Shown: positions 34,001-46,458, counted from the stretch's first letter. The stretch: 64,000 nucleotides of DNA from Scyliorhinus canicula (GCF_902713615.1 NW_024055947.1:62001-126000), one strand, 5' to 3'. Made by a program: numbers and translations. The notes: generated from the letters alone by a model not told the origin.

Positions 34001-36830
34001 TACACGGAGGCTCCGGAGGAGGGATTGCTGAGGGATTGCTGAGGGAGCAGCGTAGTCTCCAGGCTGAGTTCAGCTTGCTAACCACCAGAAAGGCGGAAGC
34101 TCAGTGGAGGAAGGCACAGGGAGCGGTGTATGAATATGGGGAGAAGGCGAGCAGGATGCTGGTGCACCAGCTCCGTAAGCGTGATGCGGCCAGGGAGATT
34201 GGTGGAGTTAAAGATAGGGGAGGAAATGTGGTGCGCAGTGGGGGAAGGCATTATTGGGGTCTTCAGGGACTTTTATGAGGAACTGTATCGGTCCGAACCC
34301 CCAGTGGAGGAGGGTATAATGGGGCGCTTTTTGGGCCGGCTGAAATTCCCGAGGTTGGAGGAGGGACAGGTGGAGGGACTGGGGGCGCTGGTTGAGCTGG
34401 AGGAGCTGGTCAAAGAGATAGGGAGCATGCAGTCGGGGAAGGCGCCGGGACCGGATGGGTTCCCGGTCGAATTCTACAAGATGTATGCAGACCTGTTGGG
34501 CTCCCTGTTGGTTCGGACCTTCAACGAGGCAAGGGAGGGGGGGGGCTCTGCCTCCGACGATGTCTCGGGCGCTGATTTCCTTGATCCTTAAGCGGGACAA
34601 GGATCCCCTGCAGTGTAGGTCATACAGGCCGATCTCACTCTTAAATGTGGACGCCAAGCTGTTGGCGAATATTTTGGCCACGAGGATAAAGGACTGTGTA
34701 CCGCAGGTTATCCACGAGGATCAAACGGGGTTCGTGAGGGGGAGGCAGCTGAACACTAACATACGGAGGCTCTTGAATGTTATAATGATGCCGGCGGTGG
34801 AAGGGGAGGCGAAGATAGTGGTGGCATTGGACGTGGAGAAGGCCTTTGATAGGGTTGAGTGGGTGTACTTGTGGGAGGTGCTGAAAGGTTCGGGTTTGGG
34901 GGGGGGTTTGTCAGATGGGTGAGGCTGATATACGAGGCCCTGATGGCGAGCGTGGCCACGAATAGGAGGTGGTTGGAGTATTTTCAGTTATACCGAGGGA
35001 CTAGGCAGGGGTGTCCCTTGTCCCCCCTGCTTTTTGAGCTGGCAATTGAACCCTTGGCCATGGCGCTGATGGAGTTGAGGAACTGGAGGGGGTTAGTGCA
35101 GGGTGGGGAGGAGCACCGAGTGTCGCTCTATGCAGATGACCTTTTGCTGTATGTGGACCCGGTGGGGGGAATGCCGGAGGTGATGAGGATTCTCAGAGAA
35201 TTTGGGGATTTCTCAGGGTACAAGCTCAACTTTGGGAAGAGCGAGCTGTTTGTGGTACACCCGGGGGACCAGGAGGGGGGGATTGGTAGGCTCCCACTAA
35301 AAAGGGTGGAGAGGAGCTTCAGGTACTTGGGGGTCCAGGTGACAAGGAGCTGGAGGGGCCTTGCATAAGCTTAACCTCACAAGGCTGGTGGAGCAAATGG
35401 AGGAGGAGTTCAAGAGATGGGACATGTTGCCGCTGTCTCTGGCAGGTAGGGTGCAATCAGTCAAGATGACGGTGCTCCCGAGGTTTCTGTTCCTGTTCTA
35501 GTGCCTCCCCATCCTTATCCCGAAGGCCTTCTTCAGATGGGTTAACAGGAGCATTACGGGGTTTGTGTGGGCACACGGGACCCCGAGGGTGAGGAGGGTG
35601 TTCTTGGAGCGGGTCAGGGATAGGGGGGGGCTGGCGCTGCCCAACCTCTGTGGGTATTATTGGGCTGCCAATGCAGCGATGGTGTGTAAGTGGGTAATGG
35701 ACGAGGAAGGGGCAGCAGTGGAAGAGGATGGAGATGGCGTCCTGTGTGGGCACGAGCCTGGAGGCGCTGGTAACGGCGCAGCTGCCGCTCCCTCCAACGA
35801 GGTATACCACGAGCCCGGTGATGGCGGCTACCCTCACACTTTGGGGGCAATGGAGACGGCACAGGGGGAGGTGGGGGCCTCGATGGGGTCCCCGATACGG
35901 GGGAACCACCGGTTTGTACCGGGGAGAATTGATGGCGGGTTCCTGAGTTGGCACAGGGCGGGTCTGAGGAGGTTGAGGGACCTGTTTGTAGACGGGAAGT
36001 TTGCGAGCCTGGGTGAGCTAGAAGGGAAGTTCGGGCTCCCCCCGGGGAATGCCTTTAGGTACATGCAGGTAAGGGCGTTTGTTAGGCGGCAGGTGGTGGA
36101 GTTCCCTCTGTTGCCGCCGCGTGGGGTCCAGGACAGGGTGCTCTCGGGGGTGTGGGTTGGGGAGGGGAGGATCTCTGCAACGTACCAAGTGATGCAGGAG
36201 GTAGACGAGGCCTCGGTGGAGGAGCTGAAGGGTAAATGGGAGGAGGAGCTGGGTGAGGAGATTGAGGAGGGGACGTAGGCGGATGCCCCAGGAAGGGTGA
36301 ACTCCTCCTCTTCTTGTGCGAGGCTTAGCCTCATACAGTTTAAGGTGCTGCATAGGGCTCACATGACCGGGACAAGGATGAGCCGGTTCTTTGGGAGCGA
36401 GGACAGGTGTATTAGGTGCTCTGGGCGCCCAGCAAATCATGCCCATATGTTGTGGGCTTGCCCAGCGCTGGGGGAATTTTGGAAGGGCGTAGCAAGGACA
36501 GTGTCAAGGGTAGTTGGATACAGGGTCAAACCCGGCTGGGGGCTCGCAATATTTGGGGTTGCAGAGGAGCCGGGAGTGCAGGAGGCGAAAGAGGCCGGCA
36601 TTCTGGCCTTTTCGTCCCTAGTAGCCCAGCGGAGGATTCTTCTTCAGTGGAAGGATGCGAGACCCCCAAGCGTGGAGGCCTGGATCAATGGTATGGCGGG
36701 GTTTATTAAATTGGAAGGGGTGAAATTTGCCCTGAGGGGATCAGTGCAGGGGTTCTTCAGGAGGTGGCAACCATTCCTGGATTTCCTGGTAGAACGGTAG
36801 GAATAAGGCCAGCAGTAGCAACCCGGGGGG
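31064..36830 (+). mobile_element. Near full-length degraded L1-clade LINE: 5'UTR, ORF1 (~31290-32391, SINE-interrupted), ORF2 (~32992-36800; EN+RT, several frameshifts/stops), 3'UTR truncated
   Basis: ORF1 ENRARRKNLRILGLPEG; EN LITWNVRGLNGPVKR...LQETHL, NVYAPN, SRIDFF, SDHAP; RT KAPGPDGF, YRPISLLNVDAK, LDVEKAFDRVEW, RGTRQGCPLSPLLF, YADDLL. Confidence 0.92.
31394..31722 (+). mobile_element. HE1-like SINE inserted in L1 ORF1
   Basis: 5-bp TSD GAACC at 31389-31393 and 31723-31727; removing it restores ...KAEILE-PLKAS in frame. Confidence 0.9.
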
Positions 36831-37571
36831 GATTCACTCACTTTATGGGTAACAAACACAATGTCTGTTCCAATAAGAGTCAGGCTACAGTGTGTCAGTG
36901 AACGCATCATTGGATCCAATGTAGAATCATAGAATCCCTACAGTGCTGAAGGAGGCCATTCGGCCCAGTAAATCTACACCGACCTCTGAACAATCATCCT
37001 ACCGTGGCCCATCCCCCACCATAAACCCGTCACCCCACCTAGAGACAATTTATCTTGGCCAATCCACCTAATCGGCACATCTTTGGACTGTGGGAGGAAA
37101 TCTTTGCAACCACGGGAAGAATGTGCAAACTCCAGACCCAAGTGACCCAAGGTCGGAATCGAACCCAGGTACCTGGTGCTTGAGGCAACAGTGCTAACTA
37201 CCGAGCCAGCCCCATATCTCTGTCACGATTAGACAATACCCTGCCTGTTATTCCAATTCTGGTGTACGTTACTCTGTTACTGTTATCATGAGACAATAAT
37301 AGGAGGGCAAAATAAATGCAAGGTAGCAATGATATTTTGAAGTTTCTGGGTTACAATGAGTGTCACTGGGAGGTGTGCGATAAAATAGGAATGGAGACAT
37401 CATGACAAAGGGTGGCACAGTGGCAGTGATTAGCACTGCTGCCTCACAGTGCTGAGGACCCAGGTTCGATCCCGGCCCCGGGTCACTGCCGTGTGGAGTT
37501 TGCACATTCTCCCGTGTCTCCGTGGGTCTCACCCCCACAACCCAAAGATGTGCGGGTAGGTGGATTGGCCA

Positions 37572-38406
37572 GTCTTGAGGTCCACCAAAAAAATAGAACA
37601 AAGGAAACAAACTTAGGGACAAAGCAAAAAGGGCCGCTCCAGTTAATGTCACTACCCGAACGTAACAAAGATCAGCAGAAACTTAAAAACATCTAATGAG
37701 AGTGCATTTAAAGGAGACAATAAAGCACCCCAACCCTTGCGGTGCCCACCGCGCATGGAAGGTCTCGATGGTGCCCATGGACACTGCATGCTCCCTTTCT
37801 AGGGACACCCAGCTGCGAAAGGGGCATACAGTCTGGTCGGATGACCCCCTCGGTCGCCCGCTGCCTGAAGCTATAAATGACACACTTCGCCAGGCCCAGA
37901 GCAGGTTCACAAGGAGGTAAGTGGAGCTGGTTTGCGAGGTCTTCGGCCCAAGTAGGACTCAGCAAAAACACAGTCCGTGCTCCCACCCTGGAACAACCAC
38001 CCATTGGAATCCACCTCCTCCCTGCTGGTGTGTGGAGTTTTCAGACTGGGAGGGGGCTCAGCAAACACACTGTCCACTCGATCCCCCTGCCCCGGATCAA
38101 GCACACCGGATCGAATAAGGAAGGTTTTGTCCTTGCTGAAGGCAGATGTTATCAGTTGGGAAGACTGGGCCGGGCCCTCAACCCGGGAGGGGCCCAGCAA
38201 ACAAGCAGTCCAAAGGGCTTTACTCCCACCTTGTTTTTGTCCTTCTCTCACCTCTCCTTCCTCCAGGCAGCTCAGCAACAACCAGCACTGGAAACAGGCA
38301 GCAAACTCAGCAGCAGCATCACAGCGAGAGCAACATCAGCAGCAGCCACACTCCACTACAGCAACAACCTCACAACACCAAAGTCTGCACTGGGGGAGCC
38401 AGCTTC
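37572..38406 (-). mobile_element. Internally deleted Tx1-like retroelement (835 bp) inserted in a short SINE
   Basis: 10-bp TSD GGATTGGCCA at 37562-37571 and 38407-38416; minus translation ...LGLAKCVIYSFRQRATEGVIRPDC / VSLEREHAVSMGTIETFHARWAPQGL resembles the Tx1 ORF2 C-terminus; the host SINE halves rejoin across it. Confidence 0.75.
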
Positions 38407-39789
38407 GGATTGGCCATGCTAAATTTCCCCTTCATTGGAAACAAATAATTGGGTAGTCTAAATTTATAATTATAATAATAATAATAATAATAATAATCCT
38501 CACCTCTGTCACAATTTTGGTGTTTTCAAGTTTACAATCTCCTGCTGCAACCTTCGGCTGGAAAGATATCAGAAGCTTTGGAAGCACCTGTAAAAGGACA
38601 TTACAATGGTCAGAAATGTTAGTCAAGGTTAGAAATTAAGATCAGACAAACATTTATCTTGGTTTGGGTTTGCTGGCATTAAATCTTCCCCTTCTAACCC
38701 CCGGTAAAAGGAGTTTCCAAAATCCATCACTCTACGAGTAGAGGATAGAAGTTCCAAACGTTCTCTTCCCTTGTTGCCAGTCCCAGGATTACTTTTTTAA
38801 AAATAAATTTAGAGTACCCAATTCATTTTTTACAATTAAGGGGCAAAAATTTAGCCTTGCCAATCTACCTACGCTGCACATCTTTGGCTCATGGGGATGA
38901 AACCCACCCAAACACGGGGAGAATGTGCAAGCTCCACACTGACTGACCCAGAGCCGGGATCGAACCTGGGACCTCGGTGCGTGAGACAGCAGTGCTAATG
39001 TCCCAGAATTAATTAATACGGGTTTTACTTGCTTTGGAGGCAGTTCAGTGAAGTTTCACTAGTCTGATTCCTAGGATGGGAGAGTTTGTTTTATGGGGGA
39101 AGATTGAGCCTGTTTGGTCTGTACCCTATGGAGTTTAGAAGAATGAGAGGTGATCTTCTTGAAACATCTAAGATTCTGAGGGATTTTGATGAAAGAATAT
39201 TTTCCCACATGGGGATTCAAGAACTAAGGGGGACAGTTTAAAGATAAGAGTTCTCCAATTTGACACTGAGATAAGGAGAAATGTCTTCCCTCAGAGGGTC
39301 ATCAGTCTGTGGAGAAAAGCAAATTGCTGCAGATGCTGGAATGTGAAACAAAATAAGAAAATACTGGACACTCTCAGCAGGTCTGACAGTATCTGTGGGG
39401 AGGAAGGGGAGGTAACGTTTTGAGTCTGGATGACTCTTTGTCAAAACTGAGTTTTTGGAATTCTCTTTCCCAGAGAGTAGTGGCACTGGGTCACTGAATA
39501 TACTCAAAGCTAATTTAGTCTTTTTTTAATCTACGGGGGAGTCAAAGGTTTCTGGGGGAAGGCAGGAAAATGTAATTAAGGGCACATTCGGATCAGCCAT
39601 GCCTTTATTGAATGGCAGAGCAGGGTCAATAGGCCGCATGGCCAGTCCCTGCTGCTAATTCTGATGTTATTATTCTTCTGTTCTTCGGATTGCCATACAT
39701 GGCAGCAGCACCTTTCCCCTCTGGAGGGGCCTGTCAATCATCGACACAATGATTTTCTCTCCTGGTCACCGGGATGCTGAAGCACCGCC

Positions 39790-40170
39790 TCTGTTACGTC
39801 ATCGAGATGGCTCCTCAGCCGCTCCGCTAAACAAAGATGGCGGCCGGGAAACTGGGCCTGATACCGGATAAAAGCTCCGCAGCTGCAAACTCGGGATTTG
39901 CAGGGTCTTATTCCGGCCTTGTGAGCAGCAGGGGGTGTTTATGAAGCCTTCACTCCCTCCCCACCCCGACTCCCGGCTCCATTCCTCCCTCCGCCTCACC
40001 GACTCTCACCGCCCCAAACAGCCGCTCCTGCACTCGCAAACCTCCCAGTAAAGTGACACTGCGCATGCTCCAGATACAGCCCAGTATTGCGTCTGCGCAC
40101 TGTGCTCCTGTGGAGTGAATAGGGCACATTCACAGCCGCATGGAATGACGGGTAATACCCGCACCATTGA
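39790..40170 (-). promoter_or_regulatory. Promoter module A copy with no intact ZNF exon found downstream
   Basis: AAGATGGCGGCCGGGAAACTGGGCCTG ~39834, TTTATGAAGCC ~39939, ACTGCGCATGCTC ~40059; aligns with 18190-18520. Confidence 0.65.
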
Positions 40171-41299
40171 AACTGTAAACAGTAAATACAAAATAACTTG
40201 ATTACCGAGGGATCAAAATACTCTCGCAAATGATTGTCGATGTCAAAATGATTGAATGCTGCTCTCCCTTGGAACAATTCAGACCCCAATGGGTCCTTCC
40301 TCTCTCTTCCCCAGAAGACGCAAACTCTTGCTGAGTTGCATCGCAGAATCAGTAAATCCTCCATCTTCTCTTTTGCTCGTGATACTGAAGGTTCAGTGTT
40401 TTCTAGAATGATCCAGTACAGGTGGAAGTCACTCGGCACATCATGTCTGCACTGACTCTGGACAAGTGCTACCACTTTTCCTCGTTAAATTCCATTTGCC
40501 ACTGTTCTGCACACGACTAGCCCATCTGTATCATCCCCTAATCTAAGGATTTTGTCCTCGCTAGTTGCCACACCAATGATTTTCCATCTGCAACCTTATC
40601 AATCACATCTTCACATATTTCAAGTCCTCGATTTTATATAGAATTACTGTTGGTGGCTGAGGATGCACTAGGATCTCCATCAGCACCTGAACCTGTGTTT
40701 CTTTCATGTGAGACAATCGAAGCTTTAATAACTCTGGAGAAACAATGCTGAAAGGGTGCTGCCTTCTCTGTCTCTGAATTTACTCCACTGCTGTTCATTC
40801 CCTACTTATGTAATAAGCATTGACCATAATGACTGGCAAGAGTATGCTGCCAATCAGTCACTATCGTGACAGCGTGCCAATCAAACTGCATCATTTTGAT
40901 GGCATGGTAGCACAGTGGTTAGCACTGTTGCTTCACAGCGCCAGCTTCCCAGGTTTGATTCCTGCTTGGGTTACTGTCTGTGCAGTCTGCTCATTCTCCC
41001 TGAAAGACTAGCTTGTTAGGTAAATAGGTCATTCTAAATTCACCCGAGCAGGCGCCGGAGTATGGCGACTAGGGCATATTCGCAGTAACCTCATTGCAGT
41101 GATAATGTAAGCCTACTTGTGACAATAACAAAGATTATTATTATTATTACTTTTGATTTCCAACGCCTCAATGAAGAGGCAGAGAGGGATCTCTGCCAAA
41201 GATTTGTGGGTTGAGACACACCTTCTCTAATCGCAGATAGACCACAAGAGAAACACATGACTGAGTAGATGTCATCCTTGAAATGAGGAGCAGCCGACA

Positions 41300-42200
41300 A
41301 CCTAACAATAGAGGAGGAGCAGGTCATGAAGGTGTGACAGTCAATGGTACTTTCTGTGTTTGAGCAGTTCAGCTGGAATTCCATCCTTGCCGGGTGCCTT
41401 TCTGCCTTCTCAACAATCAATGGCCTTTCCCAATTCAAGTGATGAGGATTCCTTGTCCAACTCAACCATGACAGGAAGCTACAGGAGAGTAAAAGAGACT
41501 GGGAGGTGTCCGTCTCACAGGAGTACAGCTCACAATTGTGTTCAACCCAAGCGGGACATATTTACATTTGTTGGTGAGAACTTCACCACAATCCATAATC
41601 AGGTCAGCACGATGGCACAGTGGTTCGCACTACTGCCTCATAGCGCCGAGGTCTCTGGTTCGATCCTGGCTCCTGGTCACTGTCCATGTGGAGTGTTTGC
41701 GTGGGTTTCGCTCCTACATCCCAAAAATGTGCAAGGTAGGTGGATTGGCTATGCTAAATTGCCCATTAATTGGAAAAAATGAATTGGCTACTCTAAATTT
41801 AAAAAAACTAATAATCCATAATCAAAGACAGTTCAGATTCTTTGATAAAAGCAAATTACTGCAGATGCTGGAATCTGAAACCAAAAGAAATATGAAACCA
41901 TCTTTGGTTTCAGATTCCTTGATGCAGGCTGATCCAGTGTTTATTTGCACAGCATCTCCATCATTTACATCATGGTTTTGGCAATGTTCAAGTCCCAAGT
42001 GATGCACTGTTCTAGCTCTTGGGTTTATGTTGGACATCGGGTCGGCTTTGCTTTTTGCTTCAATGACAGATGTCATCTCTGCTGAGTGGGTCTCAAACCA
42101 GTCTTTGTTGTGGGTTCCACCTTTACCAAATGTTGCTGCTGCTGTGTCAGAAATGATTCAATTCAGCAACTTCCAAACTTCATCAATGATAATGTTGATT
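41300..42200 (-). mobile_element. RTE-clade LINE fragment interrupted by a short SINE (~41600-41810)
   Basis: MVELDK...ELGKAID...KAPGKDGIPAELLKH and (E)MTSVIEAK...NPRARTVHHL. Confidence 0.7.
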
Positions 42201-42499
42201 GATTAAGTTTCTATTCATGAACCTGTGAAATATTTTACAATTTTATTTCATGTTGATAATTTAATTTCATAATGGTGGTGTTATAGTGAAGAATGTGTAA
42301 GTCAGAAAGAATTGTCAGCAAGGATTAATCAGCATTTACCAATTGGAAATTAGTAGAATGTTTCAGAAACTGAATTATAGATTTTTCACCAAAAACTATT
42401 TCAGATTAAATTAAAAGTTCACAATGCTATAGCAAGTGTGTTCCTGGGAAAGATCTTGAATAAAGAGGAAAGATGTTTTTAAAAAGAGACACTGCAGCC

Positions 42500-42665
42500 C
42501 CAAAATCAATGACAAATCCAGAATATTAAACTGCAGCCAGTTATAGGGGTTGTTGATATCAGCAGAAATAAACCAAATATTGTAAGACTATCGATCTTGT
42601 ATGTGATTAACAGCAGCAATAACAGCAGAATCCAGTCTCTTCAGTCACTCATGAAGCTGTTGATA
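42500..42665 (-). pseudogene. Isolated 3' end/3'UTR relic of a ZNF gene
   Basis: Minus strand reads QQLHE*LKRLDSAVIAAVNHIQD, followed by the UTR module shared with 14490-14600 and 25590-25700. Confidence 0.6.
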
Positions 42666-43179
42666 CAAAGCCAAAGAAAAGTGCAGCACAGGAACAGGCC
42701 CTTCGGCCCTCCAAGCCAGTGCCGACCATGCTGCCCGTCTAAACTAAAATCTTCTCCAATTTCTGGGTCCGTATCCCTCTATTCCCATCGTATTCAAGAG
42801 TGGTGATTTGAAAGAGGTCCACAAGATTATGAGGGGCATGGATAGAGTGGGATGGGCAGGCAGGGTGGAGGGGTCAGTCACCAGGGGCATAGGTTTATGG
42901 TCCCTGGGGCAAAGTTTAGAGGAGATGTGCGAGGCAGATTCTTTTTACGCAGAGGGTGGTGAGTGCCTGGAACGCATTGCCAGGAGAGGTTATGGAAGCA
43001 GATACATGAACGGCGTTCAAAATGCATCTTGACAAACACATGGATAAGATTGGTATAGGGATACGGTACAAGGAAGTGCTGAAGGTTTTGGCAAAGGTTG
43101 GTATCATGACCGGTACAGGCTTGGAGGGCTGAAGGGCCTGTTCCTGTGCTGTATTGTTCTTTGTTCAAAGACCCTGTTC

Positions 43180-43420
43180 AATGTGGGAGAAACAGTTCCC
43201 GTGTTCGGAATGTGGATGATGTTTTAGCCGATGGTCTGACCTTTTGAACGATATGTAGTCACGCTGGAAGAAACCTTGGAAATCTGGGGATTGTGGAATA
43301 GATTTAATCAGACTTGAAGATTCATCGACATGTTCACACGGAGGAGCGACCGTTAATGTTCTCCGTGTGTGGGGGAAGAGATTTACTCAGTTCAGCAGCC
43401 TCACTTCATCGTGGTCAATC
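43180..43420 (+). pseudogene. Heavily degenerate C2H2 ZNF relic
   Basis: Broken EKQFPCSECG, KPWKSGDCG, HRHVHTEERP and SVCG finger fragments. Confidence 0.6.
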
Positions 43421-43675
43421 TGTACAGGACTGTTACCAAGTGCAATGTATCTTTCCTGAAATTTGGTGGCCAGTACAGAACACAGTTCATGCAGGAAAAG
43501 ACAGCAGGAATTTCTCTAATCTGTGATTTACAAGGACACATTCTTGGTTCCCAGCAGTTACGTTTCTGCAGTAATTTCCTCATTTTCCCTAAACTACCCT
43601 GCCTGTTAATTCTATTATTACTGTTAATTCCATTACTGTAGCTATAAATATTACACATTAGAATTTAATCTGTTT

Positions 43676-43901
43676 AGGGCAGCACGGTGGCACAGTGGTT
43701 AGCATTGCTGCCTACGGCGCTGAGGACCCGGGTTCGAATCCCGACCCTGGGTCACTGTCCGTGTGGAGTTTGCACATTCTCCCCGTGTCTGCGTGGGTTT
43801 CGCCCCCACAACCCAAAGATGTGCAGATTAGGTGAATTGGCCACGCTAAATTGCCCCTTAATTGGAAAAAATAATTGGGTACTCTAAATTAAAAAAAAAA
43901 A
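43676..43901 (+). mobile_element. Short A-tailed SINE with 15-bp TSD
   Basis: TSD agaatttaatctgtt at 43660-43674 and 43902-43916. Confidence 0.9.
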
Positions 43902-45049
43902 AGAATTTAATCTGTTCCATTATTCACTCTGGTTTAAGTTTATGTTGAGGTTAATAACAGACAAACTCTGTCCTCTCCCCAATCCGATTAGAGTTTCCAA
44001 TAAGTGGATTCTGTGGAATGGAATGTCTTATCAGCGTTTCCACGGTGACCTGTCTGCAGTGAAGCGCCTGCTTGAGTTTCTAACAGAGACTAAACTTCTC
44101 TCTCCCATAACACACATTATATCAGACATTGGATGTCAATGTATTTCAGCCATGTTATGTTAATATCTCCAAAACCCTAAAAGTAGTTCAGATACTCAAA
44201 TGTTGAAGTATGAGAGGACAAGTTGATAAAGAGTTTAAAAAACACATGGGATCCAAGGTTTTATAATTCTGGGTGTGGAGTACAAAAGGACAGAGGTCAT
44301 GTAAATCTGTACAAATCATTGGCTCGGCTGCAGTTGGAATATTAGATCAGGTTTTGGGGGATCTTACACCAGGAAGGATGTCAAGGCCATGGAGAGGGTG
44401 TAGAAGAGATTCAATGAGATGATCCCAGGGAAGAGAGGCTTTAGTTACCAGGAGGGATTAGAGAAACTGGGGCTGTTTTCATTCGAACAGATGCTGACTG
44501 GAGATCAGAGGGAGGGGGTTTTGATTCCGCCCTTGGGTGACTGTGTAGAGTTTGCACTTCCTCCCTGTGTCTGCATGGGTTCCTTCCGGGTGCCCCGGTT
44601 TCCTCCCACAGTCCAAAGACTGTGGTTAGCGCAGGTGAGGTGGATTGGCCATTTAAAAAGATTTCCTCTGAGTGTCCAAAGGTTAGGTGGGTCTCAGGGT
44701 ATAGCGTGGAGGAGTGGGGTGCCGTATTGGAGGGTCAGTGCAGACTTGATGGGCCGAATGGCCTCGTTCTGCACTGAAGGGATTCTATGGAACGGAAAAA
44801 AGCTCATATGAAATATCAATCAGACTGTACAACAATGTTTTGGACTCCCACTGTCTCTCTGGGCCTGCGGGGTATTTGTGTGTGTGTGTGCGGTGAGGCG
44901 GAGGGGGGGGGGGGGGGGGGGGGTTGCGGCGGACAGCGAGGGAACCGGTGATGGTTTCTCTTATGTCTGAATGAAATGTAATTTTTAAAGTGAAGGGTGT
45001 CTGTACTGGGGAATCTGAGTACAAGTGCCAGCTTGAACCATTCTCGGCA

Positions 45050-46458
45050 GGTGAATGGCCTCTCCCCAGTGTGAACCCGCTGGTGTCTCAGCAGGTTGCC
45101 CGAGTGAATGAATCCCTTTCCACACTGGGAGTAGGTGAATGGCCTCTCCCCAGTGTGAATCTGCTGGTGTCCCAGCAGGTTGCCTGAGTGAATGAATCCC
45201 TTTCCACACTGGGAGCAGGTGAATGGCCTCTAATCAGTGTGAACCCGCTGGTGTCTCAGCAGGTTGCCTGAGTGAATGAATCCCTTTCCATACTGGGAGC
45301 AGGTGAATGGCCTCTCCTCAGTGTGAACCCGCTGGTGTCTCAGCAGGTTGCCTGAGTGAATGAATCCCTTTCCACACTGGGAGCAGGTGAATGCAATCTC
45401 CCCAGTGTGAAGCTGCTGGTGTAAAGTGAGTGGAGACGATCAGGGCCGGCTCAAGGCACCGGCAACTCGGGCTGTCGCCCGGGGCGCCACGTGCTCGGGG
45501 GCGCCAGAGACTCGGGTCCCGCGCATGCGCAGTTGGGCCGGTGCCAACCAGCGCATGCGCGGTGGCCGCCCGCCCCCAGGGCGGCCCCCCGGCTCGGTCC
45601 GCCCCCCCCCGCTCGGTCCCCCCCCCCGCTCGGTCCCCCCCCCGCCCCCCTCGGGTCCGCCCCCCCACCCCGCCCTCGGGTCTGCCCCCCCGCCCCGCCC
45701 TTGGGTCCGCCCCCCCGCCCCACCCTCGGGTCCGCCCCCCCGCCCCGCCCTCGGGTCCGCCCGCCCCCCGCGTGTCCGCCCGCCCCCCGCGTGTCCGCCC
45801 CCCCAAGGGCGCCGAAGTTCAACTTGCCCGGGGCGCCAGCAACGCTAGAGCCGGCGCTGGAGACGATCATCTGAACCCAGTCCCACAGTCGGAGCAGCTG
45901 AACAGTTTCTCGTCAGTGTGAACTCTTTGATGGGACACCTGATCCCGAGAACTTTTAAAGCACTTCCCGCATTTAATAGGTCGCTCATCATTGTGAATCT
46001 GCTGATGTGTCAGCAGTTGGGATGAATGAGTGAATCCACACCAACACTCGGGGCAGGTGAAAGGCCTTTCCCCAGTGTGAACTCGCTGGTGCATCGACAG
46101 GCTGTAGGACTGAGTGAATCCACGCCCACACTCGGGGCAGGTGAAAGGCTTCTCCCCATTGTGAATGCGTCGATGGGTTGCCAGGTCAGATGGGTAATTG
46201 AATGCCTTGCCTCAGTCCCCACATTCCCATGGTTTCTCCCTGCTGTGACTGCGCTTGTGTATGGACAGGCCAGATGATCGGCTGAAGCTTCGTCCAACAC
46301 AGAACATGTGTACGGTTTCTCCCCACTGTGAACTGTGCTTTTTCCTTCCATGTTCAAAATCTGATGATATTCAGGTTCCGATCAGTTACACGACTGTCAA
46401 ATTTTGATGTGGTGTTTGGTTGGAGTTTTTCAATTGCACATCCTTCCCTGCTGATACC
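45050..46458 (-). pseudogene. C2H2 ZNF pseudogene (MEGKS subfamily) with frameshift in finger 1, MITE insertion, internal stop and 84-bp finger repeats
   Basis: Acceptor 46459-46460, ATG 46351; ...HTD*RPF stop at ~45231; MITE at 45441-45859. Confidence 0.85.
45441..45859. mobile_element. Non-autonomous hAT (Tip100/MER45-like) MITE, 419 bp, very GC-rich
   Basis: TIR CAGGGCCGGCTC / GAGCCGGCGCTG (11/12); 8-bp TSD GAGACGAT at 45433-45440 and 45860-45867. Confidence 0.9.

Noticed and set aside
39996-40475. 159-aa minus-strand ORF overlapping the 39.8-kb promoter
   Set aside because: No recognisable domain; it runs across promoter and intron-like sequence and abuts a CR1 fragment.
45318-45921. 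Pro/Gly/Arg-rich ORFs of 127-163 aa
   Set aside because: They lie in the GC-rich interior of the hAT MITE, where stop codons are scarce.
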